DNA of 24,000 bases from Shewanella piezotolerans WP3 (GTDB taxonomy: Bacteria > Pseudomonadota > Gammaproteobacteria > Enterobacterales > Shewanellaceae), in NCBI RefSeq assembly GCF_000014885.1, contig NC_011566.1, positions 5,257,326-5,281,325 on the forward strand. Direction: 5' to 3'. The position numbers and the translations under genes were made by a program. Under the pieces are notes generated by a model. That model did no database searches and had not been told where the DNA came from. It saw nothing but the letters and a program-made list of their open reading frames with translations. Shown piece by piece: positions 18,015-24,000 of this stretch (position 1 is the first letter of the stretch; every line of letters starts with the position of its first letter).

Positions 18015-18968
18015 ATGATAGTAGTCACAGGTGCAGCAGGATTTATCGGCAGCAATTTAGTCAAAGCCCTTAACGATATGGGTCGTAATGACATTATTGC
18101 CGTGGATGATTTAACCGACGGTACAAAAATGTTCAATCTAGCGGATTGTGAGATCGCAGATTATCTGGACAAAGATCAATTTCTTGAGCAGATAATAGCA
18201 GGTGAATTCGACGGAAAGATTGAAGTTATTTTCCATCAAGGAGCATGCTCATCCACCACCGAGTGGGATGGCAAATTCATGATGAGCAATAACTATGAAT
18301 ACTCTAAAACACTGCTGCAGTTTTGTGATAGAACAAAATGCCAATATATCTATGCTAGCTCAGCTTCGGTCTATGGCGGTAGCGAGAAATTTATTGAGCA
18401 AAGAGACTTAGAAAAGCCACTTAATGTCTACGCTTACTCTAAATTCTTGTTTGACCAATATGTACGTCAACAAAAGCCAAACTGCCAAGTTGCCGGCCTC
18501 AGGTATTTCAATGTCTATGGCCCAAGAGAACAGCACAAAGGCGGCATGGCAAGTGTAGCTTTCCATTTCAATAACCAGCTCAATGCTAACGGGATCTGCC
18601 GTTTATTTGAGGGGGTTGATGGTTATGAAAATGGTCAACAACTACGTGATTTTGTATACGTTGAAGATGTTGTCAAAGTTAATCTATGGTTATGGCAAAA
18701 TTCTGAGGTTTCAGGCATTTTCAACTGCGGTACAGGCCAAGCACAGAGTTTCAATGATGTTGCAAACGCTGTTATCGCACACCACGGCAAAGGCGCCGTC
18801 GAGTACATTCCATTCCCGGATAAACTAAAGGGTGCATATCAAAGCTACACCCAAGCAGATCTAACAAAGTTACGAGCTGCAGGTTACACCGCTGAGTTTA
18901 AGACTGTTGAGCAAGCTGTACCTGAGTATTTATCTTGGTTAGCGACGCAACACTTTATTGGTGAGTAA
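18015..18968 (+). CDS. hldD: ADP-L-glycero-D-manno-heptose 6-epimerase (HldD/RfaD)
   Basis: From ATG 18015 the protein starts [21 protein letters not shown], colinear with the E. coli HldD N-terminus [20 protein letters not shown]. It has the SDR motifs YASSASVYG and YAYSKFLFD (YxxxK). The track start at 17982 adds 11 unsupported residues. Confidence 0.93.
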   Translation: MIVVTGAAGFIGSNLVKALNDMGRNDIIAVDDLTDGTKMFNLADCEIADYLDKDQFLEQIIAGEFDGKIEVIFHQGACSSTTEWDGKFMMSNNYEYSKTLLQFCDRTKCQYIYASSASVYGGSEKFIEQRDLEKPLNVYAYSKFLFDQYVRQQKPNCQVAGLRYFNVYGPREQHKGGMASVAFHFNNQLNANGICRLFEGVDGYENGQQLRDFVYVEDVVKVNLWLWQNSEVSGIFNCGTGQAQSFNDVANAVIAHHGKGAVEYIPFPDKLKGAYQSYTQADLTKLRAAGYTAEFKTVEQAVPEYLSWLATQHFIGE

Positions 18969-18976
18969 ATACTGTT

Positions 18977-19010
18977 CCCATAAACTACTGAGGTTTATGG
19001 GATCTCTTTT
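18977..19010. terminator. Hairpin terminator after hldD, overlapping the 3' end of convergent tagD
   Basis: CCCATAAAC (18977-18985) pairs with GTTTATGGG (18993-19001) over a 7-nt loop, followed by ATCTCTTTT. The right arm includes the tagD stop codon. Confidence 0.45.
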
Positions 19011-19387
19011 ACCACTTCAATTAGCTGTGTGGTAGATATCGCAGGTGTACGTGGTAGGTATATCACATCACATAGTGGTTTTAGATGGTCAAACTTTCCT
19101 TCCCAGTCATCCCCCATTACCAAGCAGTCAGCTTTATGCACTTTAATGTACTCGGCCTTTAATTCAAGGGACTCTTCCAAAAACACTTCATCAACGCAAC
19201 CCAATGCACTAACAATACGCATACGATCACGTTCGTTGCATACTGGATAACGCTGTTTTTTAGAAAAATTAAGCGCATCAGATGAAACACCCACAGTTAT
19301 ATGTGTTCCCACCTTTTTTGCCCGCTCGATAATATTCAAATGCCCAATATGGAACATATCAAACGTACCAAAAGTGATGATTCTCAT
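18995..19387 (-). CDS. tagD: Glycerol-3-phosphate cytidylyltransferase (TagD-type)
   Basis: 130-aa ORF, colinear with my recollection of B. subtilis TagD: ITFGTFDMFHIGHLNIIERAK (HxGH motif), VMGDDWEGKFD and YLPRTPAISTT (RTxGISTT motif). Confidence 0.88.
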   Translation of the reverse strand: MRIITFGTFDMFHIGHLNIIERAKKVGTHITVGVSSDALNFSKKQRYPVCNERDRMRIVSALGCVDEVFLEESLELKAEYIKVHKADCLVMGDDWEGKFDHLKPLCDVIYLPRTPAISTTQLIEVVKEIP

Positions 19388-19388
19388 T

Positions 19389-20453
19389 TTATTTCTCTGT
19401 TAATAGGAAATCGACAATTCGCTTGCTGCATTGACCGTCAACTTTTCCGGCTAGTTCATAGGTGTAATGAGCGCGTTGCTTCGCAAATGATTCAGGTTCA
19501 GCGATCTGTTGATCGACAGCTGCTTTAAGTTTTTTGTAGGTTTTGGCATGCTTGGCCACTGCTGCATATCGATATAGGTCTTCATCCATTCGTTGGTTAA
19601 AGCGAAACTTGAAGATCCCACGGTAGCTCCAACGCAGGTGATAAAAATCACACCAAACAACAGGCTTATCTAGCGCCGCAAATTCAAACAATGCAGAAGA
19701 AGCATCACTAATCAGCAGATCTGCACTGGCCATAAATGGCAATAAATTAGTCTGCTCCGCCGTTGCAAGGTAAGCATTGTCATAGGAAGCCCAATGTAAT
19801 AATAACTTTTTCTGTTTTTTATAAGCAGGTTTACTTAAAGAAAAGTAATGCGGCTTCAATAAGATATTATATTCAGCAAATTCTGCTGGCCAGTTGGTAG
19901 CCATCTTTTCAATACTGCTAGGGTAGAAAGTCGGAGCATAGAGCAACGTTGGTTTAGCAGGATCCAAGCCTAGTTTTTCGAGATCAATTCCAGCTTCAAT
20001 TCCTTGCACAATAGGATCGAGTTTGGCATATCCAGTATCGATAAACTGCTTGTCTGGAAACATTGATTGTAGTCGGTTTAACCGATATTCACCTTCCACA
20101 AAACGTACATCAAAGTCTGAATCAGACACTGTGTAATATACTGACTTGGGCCCGATACCATGCTGCATGAGCGCTGTACCGCAAACTCCTTTGAGCTTTT
20201 TGTCGCCATCAAACGTGTTGCCAAACACAACCCACTTAGGCTTTTGCTCTAAATAATACGCTAATGCTTGCTCTTGATTATCTACCCAAGTGACAGAGAG
20301 CTGATATTCTTTGACCAAGGCATCTAGTGCAGCTTGCTGCTCATCACTCCGATAGATAACAAAATGAACAAGCTCTCCCCGCAATTGCAATTCATGCATC
20401 ACAGGTAAGTATTGTGGTAAATAGTATGGATGCAGCGCGTCAAAGCAAATCAA
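19389..20453 (-). CDS. CDP-glycerol glycerophosphotransferase family protein (TagB/TagF-like, catalytic-domain size)
   Basis: 354-aa ORF with TLLYAPTFYPSS, NILLKPHYF (conserved His) and ADLLISDASSALFEFAALDKPVVWCD, typical of the Glyphos_transf family. It starts at TTG 20453 with GAAGG 7 nt upstream. Its stop TAA (19389-19391) lies 1 nt from the tagD ATG, so the two are translationally coupled. Confidence 0.78.
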   Translation of the reverse strand: MICFDALHPYYLPQYLPVMHELQLRGELVHFVIYRSDEQQAALDALVKEYQLSVTWVDNQEQALAYYLEQKPKWVVFGNTFDGDKKLKGVCGTALMQHGIGPKSVYYTVSDSDFDVRFVEGEYRLNRLQSMFPDKQFIDTGYAKLDPIVQGIEAGIDLEKLGLDPAKPTLLYAPTFYPSSIEKMATNWPAEFAEYNILLKPHYFSLSKPAYKKQKKLLLHWASYDNAYLATAEQTNLLPFMASADLLISDASSALFEFAALDKPVVWCDFYHLRWSYRGIFKFRFNQRMDEDLYRYAAVAKHAKTYKKLKAAVDQQIAEPESFAKQRAHYTYELAGKVDGQCSKRIVDFLLTEK

Positions 20454-20682
20454 AAGTAAGCCTTCAGTTTAAGGTCGTATTACGGCCGTAAAGCACGGTT
20501 CAATTATAACAATAATACCATATTCCAATATTGAAACTATATCAGTAGCGCCTTCAGCGCCAGTAATTGAGGACTAGATTCATAAAAAGCTCATATTTAT
20601 CTCTAATATCAACTTGGATCTTTTTCAAAGCCAACAAATTCAAGGTATGCTAAGCCGACTAAAAATAGGAACACTTATCAAT

Positions 20683-21804
20683 ATGGCTATCATCACTTCT
20701 GATCAATTAGCGCAATGCCAGCGCATGTTATTCATGTCACCCGTTGCTTTAGGGGATTTTCTTTATTTAAAGACTTTTCTTGTCGCTTTGAAGCAACAGC
20801 ACCCACATATAACATTAGATATTTGGTTAGATGATAATCGCTGTAATAGCGATGAATGGCGCTTGTCGCGCAGTAAAATACTGCAGCAATGGATGGAGGC
20901 GGAAGGAGCTTTCAACCTAACCTATGGCTGCACCGATTCACCACAAGCGATGCAGGCAAACACAGAAAAAGCCAAACAGCAAAAATATGACATCATCTTT
21001 TGCCATACCGTAAGCAAAAGTCGACAATACTCCCAGCTAGCACGAGAAATTTCCTCTGCGGCCTTTATTGTCTCCAGCATACCTAAAAAGGCTTCTTTCG
21101 GGCTTTTGAACCCTTGGTTTTTTCGCCATTCGAATGCAACATTTGTCCTTGAAGAAACTTTATTACCAGCGACTCACCATATTACCGATCGCTATCAGCT
21201 GATTTTCAACACAGTGACTGGACTATCCGTAGCTGCTACAGAGATCATGCCCAACATGATTATTCCTGAAACCATTCTACCTGTGACAGAGGATTGGCTA
21301 GAACGTCATTTCAATGACCCACAAAGACAAGGGAAGTTACTGTTCGTTAATCACCTTTCTACCAATGTAAAAAAAGACTGGCCTATCAATTACCTTTTTG
21401 AGCTAATTGAGAAAATAGCTAAAGTAGATAACGGTCAGCGCTTTATTATTAATACCACTCCTGAAAGTTATCCAGAAGTATCCCGCGAGACGCAAGCGTT
21501 TACTGCAAAGTCTGGACTACAAGTTGTGGTGTTTACCGTAGACAAACACTTTTTTGAGTTGCCTTCGCTAATTGCAAAAGCGGATTTCGTTATTACTGTT
21601 GATACCGCAATTTTGCATTTTGCTTTTGCAGCTCAGCGACCGCTGCTCGCCATGATGCGTCAGAAAAAGCCTTACTGGGCTCCGCCAGAATCAGCTACAT
21701 CTCATGTTATGTATGCTACACAAGGCAAAGGACATATTGCCGATATCTCAGTAGCACAAGTTCACGACAAATACAGGCTGATGAACGGAGCAACAGAGAG
21801 TTAA
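20683..21804 (+). CDS. Glycosyltransferase family 9 (heptosyltransferase-like), second copy
   Basis: GT9 patterns are present: MLFMSPVALGDFLYLKTFL and ITVDTAILHFAFAAQRPLLAMM. The ORF is open from TTG 20614. I prefer ATG 20683 (AGGAA 12 nt upstream), but the start is uncertain. Confidence 0.7.
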   Translation: MAIITSDQLAQCQRMLFMSPVALGDFLYLKTFLVALKQQHPHITLDIWLDDNRCNSDEWRLSRSKILQQWMEAEGAFNLTYGCTDSPQAMQANTEKAKQQKYDIIFCHTVSKSRQYSQLAREISSAAFIVSSIPKKASFGLLNPWFFRHSNATFVLEETLLPATHHITDRYQLIFNTVTGLSVAATEIMPNMIIPETILPVTEDWLERHFNDPQRQGKLLFVNHLSTNVKKDWPINYLFELIEKIAKVDNGQRFIINTTPESYPEVSRETQAFTAKSGLQVVVFTVDKHFFELPSLIAKADFVITVDTAILHFAFAAQRPLLAMMRQKKPYWAPPESATSHVMYATQGKGHIADISVAQVHDKYRLMNGATES

Positions 21805-21814
21805 AGAGAGCTAA

Positions 21815-21852
21815 GTAATAAAAAGGAGAGCTCTTGCTCTCCTTTTTATTAC
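21815..21852. terminator. Bidirectional rho-independent terminator between convergent GT9 and GT-B genes
   Basis: A perfect 17-bp stem, GTAATAAAAAGGAGAGC (21815-21831) paired with GCTCTCCTTTTTATTAC (21836-21852), has a TCTT loop. The A and T runs give a U-tract in both orientations. Confidence 0.8.
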
Positions 21853-21881
21853 TAATACCAACAAATCAATATTTAGTTTTG

Positions 21882-22961
21882 TTAGCTTACAGCGCTCTGC
21901 TCACTCATCAAGTCAGTAATCACTTCCATTGCTACATCTAAGCCGTTGGTCGATTCACACTGCGTCAAAGCAGTATCGAGTTGCTGGGCAGTCCCAGCTT
22001 GAATAAGATCAAGCAGTCTTGAAGTCAACTCATCAGCGGTAACGCTGCTACTCACCGTAAGCCCTCTTTCTTGGCACACTCTAATTCTATAATTCTGATC
22101 TTTAGCCACGGCGGCCGATACCGACGGTTTTTTCAGCGCTATCGCCTGTAAAAGTGTATCACCACCACTTAGCACCGCAGCTTTCGAAGCATCAAGAAGA
22201 TCCATAAAATCGACATGAATCAATTCCTTAATATTAATGACACCTTCAAACTCTGGCATTGCCTTAGGGTAACTCGGACCGAAAATTACCACGCATGGTA
22301 TTTTTGTTGCTTGGTAAATTCTTGCCGCGGCCATAGCAAACTCCTCAATACAATGGCCTTGCCCATTTTTATGTCCACCAGAACCTGCGTTAAACAATAT
22401 AAAATCATTTGCGACTAAACATAGTTTTTTAAGTAACTCTGATTGCCTATGCGCAACAGGACTTGCAAACACCGAGCCGATAATAGTCGGCTCAGGTTTG
22501 TTAATCAGCTTAAGTTTTAGTCTGTCAAACGAGCTAATCGTGCCGATAATGAACTCGGGTTGCACCACCCAATGGCTATCCGTCACTCTCGCTCGTAACA
22601 GCTTCATCCCTCGACTACGTTTACGTTTATGCTGACTAATGAATATTACTTTAGCCCCCAACTTGTTGGCATGAACCAACTGTGAGCGACGACCTGAAGC
22701 ATCAAAAATAACAAAATCAGCTTTGTAAAAAGAGAGGAAGTCATTTACCGCTTTAGTATTTTTTGTCGGCGTATCATCTAAAAGTGCCACAGGATAAGGA
22801 CATGTGAATGCATAGGGTGCCTGTCGACTTATAATAAATTGGATATTAGCATCAGGCCAACGTTGCTTCACTTCGTTGGCGATGATTAAAGAGCGCATAT
22901 ATTCGCCCATGCCTTCTGATGAAGACACAGGAACAAATAAAAATTTTGGGGACAGCGACAT
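21882..22961 (-). CDS. MurG/PseG-like GT-B fold glycosyltransferase-superfamily protein, specificity unknown
   Basis: I place the start at ATG 22961 (MSLSPKFLFVPVSSSEGMGEYMRS, with AAGGG 7 nt upstream) rather than the track start at 23054. The N-terminal S-S-S-x-G-x-G-x-x-x-R loop and the C-terminal VLSGGDTLLQAIALKKP resemble the MurG/PseG branch of GT-B enzymes, from memory only. Confidence 0.55.
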   Translation of the reverse strand: MSLSPKFLFVPVSSSEGMGEYMRSLIIANEVKQRWPDANIQFIISRQAPYAFTCPYPVALLDDTPTKNTKAVNDFLSFYKADFVIFDASGRRSQLVHANKLGAKVIFISQHKRKRSRGMKLLRARVTDSHWVVQPEFIIGTISSFDRLKLKLINKPEPTIIGSVFASPVAHRQSELLKKLCLVANDFILFNAGSGGHKNGQGHCIEEFAMAAARIYQATKIPCVVIFGPSYPKAMPEFEGVINIKELIHVDFMDLLDASKAAVLSGGDTLLQAIALKKPSVSAAVAKDQNYRIRVCQERGLTVSSSVTADELTSRLLDLIQAGTAQQLDTALTQCESTNGLDVAMEVITDLMSEQSAVS

Positions 22962-23167
22962 ATAAGCACCCTTAAAAATACAACAAGCAAAACAACACAG
23001 TGCTAATGTTGTTAAATCTTGTTTGATAGCCGTTAATAATAACATGTTGACCAAGAAATCGGAGACTTGATAACTCAGGCTGACAAATTAATTTTTTGTT
23101 CTATACAAACAACAGTGCTTGATCTCGTTATCTTAATGTCTTGATTGCTCGTGAAATAACCCTCAAC

Positions 23168-23173
23168 TATAAT
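23168..23173 (+). promoter_or_regulatory. Candidate -10 hexamer upstream of the GT80 gene
   Basis: A perfect TATAAT at 23168-23173 lies about 33 nt upstream of the proposed GTG start. No -35 is well spaced (TTGATT at 23141-23146 is 21 nt away). Confidence 0.25.
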
Positions 23174-23205
23174 TGATGAATCACCTGCGCGAATAAAGTT
23201 AACCT

Positions 23206-24000
23206 GTGGCATCTTCATCTTCAAATGCTCAGCAATCACCGTATGCTCTCGAAATCTATATAGATAAAGCAACTCTGCCTAGCGTGCAGCAGGCAGCAAT
23301 GCTCGTTAACAATCAAAGCCACAACCCTAAGTTAATTTGCTGGCAACGACATCCAGTTAACGACGAAGCTTTATTGCAAGGTATCAATGCCGCATCCTTT
23401 GTTAGCATAGCTTCACTATGCCAACATGCAGCCACACTGTTGGCAGGTCATCCTCACAGCCATATCACCATTTACGGCAACACCTATTGGAGTAAAGATC
23501 TTGCTAGGCTCATTCGGTATCTGACTAGAATCTCAGGGGTTGAAATTAAAAAACTGGAATTGATTGATGATGGCTCTTCGGAATACCAAAAGATGTTTTA
23601 TTGGCAACGTTTAAGTTCCGAAGAGCAAACTCGCGATCTAGCTACTGGACTGAAAAACCTAAAAAGTTATCTTAGTGGAAATGACAATAAACTACTAAGG
23701 CTACTGACTGGCCACTCAAACAAGCTACCAAGGCGCCTATCAAGCTTCATGAATTGGCACCAACTCTTTCCCACTACCTACCATATGTTACGTATGGACT
23801 ACTTGGATAAACCTGAACTCCATCAATTGAAGCAATACCTGGGTAACAATGCTCAGCAAATCCGTTGGAATTATATCGCTGACAATTTGTTTGATGACGA
23901 GCAGCAATCGCTTTTCTATCAATTATTAGGGATCTCGTTGGCGGAACAGAAACAGTTAAGAGCAGGCAGGCAACAGCTGCATGACTTTATGTTCATAGGT
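23206..24000 (+). CDS. GT80-family (PmST1 / Photobacterium-type) sialyltransferase homologue, 5' partial (runs off the window)
   Basis: The frame is open from 23203 to the window end, so it is absent from the ORF track. Translation gives ...YALEIYIDKATLPSVQQAAMLV...ITIYGNTYW...KKLELIDDGSSEY...WHQLFPTTYHMLRMDYLDKPELHQLKQYL...EQQSLFYQLLG...HDFMFIG. This is colinear with my recollection of Pasteurella multocida PmST1: ITLYLDPASLPALNQLMDF, LNLYDDGSMEY, FPVKYHFLSTDYFEKAEFLQPLKEYL, EQQAFYLTLVG and FIFTGT. The homology begins upstream of the first ATG (23299), so GTG 23206 is the likely start. Confidence 0.8.
   Translation, partial: MASSSSNAQQSPYALEIYIDKATLPSVQQAAMLVNNQSHNPKLICWQRHPVNDEALLQGINAASFVSIASLCQHAATLLAGHPHSHITIYGNTYWSKDLARLIRYLTRISGVEIKKLELIDDGSSEYQKMFYWQRLSSEEQTRDLATGLKNLKSYLSGNDNKLLRLLTGHSNKLPRRLSSFMNWHQLFPTTYHMLRMDYLDKPELHQLKQYLGNNAQQIRWNYIADNLFDDEQQSLFYQLLGISLAEQKQLRAGRQQLHDFMFIG

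Noticed and set aside
18375-18382. Exact match to the ops / JUMPStart core GGCGGTAG
   Set aside because: It lies inside the hldD coding sequence (encoding YGGS), not in an operon leader. One chance 8-mer hit is expected at about this window size on two strands.
20480-20491. Perfect 12-bp palindrome TTACGGCCGTAA in the tagF-like/GT9 divergent region
   Set aside because: Several 12-bp perfect palindromes are expected by chance in 24 kb (about 1 per 4 kb). There is no second copy and no known operator match.
23075-23272. 65-aa minus-strand ORF (TTG start) from the track
   Set aside because: It overlaps the N-terminal coding region of the GT80 homologue, whose + strand translation aligns with PmST1 here. 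It has no Shine-Dalgarno sequence and no recognisable features.
1-24000. Looked for CRISPR arrays, tRNA/rRNA genes, IS transposases, integrases, prophage genes, and defence or toxin-antitoxin modules
   Set aside because: I found no direct-repeat/spacer arrays, no tRNA-like cloverleaf candidates in the short intergenic regions, and no ORF with transposase, recombinase, nuclease-NTPase or other defence-type motifs.

Overview
This 24 kb window looks like chromosomal DNA from a marine gammaproteobacterium. Gene content and a GlyGly-CTERM-tagged protease suggest a Shewanella-like organism, but that is inference and no search was run. Positions 1 to about 14.5 kb hold ordinary, mostly unrelated housekeeping and miscellaneous genes: rlmF, a FliL-like protein, ubiC, a large secreted M6 metalloprotease, a GH63-like glycosidase, a MarC/YhgN-family protein, a His-rich membrane protein, an NRDE-family protein, an acyltransferase, a LysE-family exporter and gltS. 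Positions 14.6 to 15.2 kb form an unusual intergenic region with an ORF missing from the supplied track (53-aa basic protein) and a roughly 314-bp nested inverted-repeat element. Positions 15.26 to 24.0 kb are an LPS-core/LOS locus built from short units of alternating orientation: hldE, a GT9 gene plus hldD, a teichoic-acid-type TagD plus TagB/TagF-like pair, a second GT9, a MurG/PseG-like GT-B protein, and a partial ORF open to the window edge (so absent from the ORF track) that reads as a GT80 PmST1-type sialyltransferase. I saw no rRNA, tRNA, CRISPR array, transposase, integrase, or recognisable defence or toxin-antitoxin system. The most interesting content is the glycerophosphate plus nonulosonic-acid decoration machinery inside the core-heptose locus, and the structured repeat element. 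All family assignments come from motif recognition and remembered reference sequences, not database searches.
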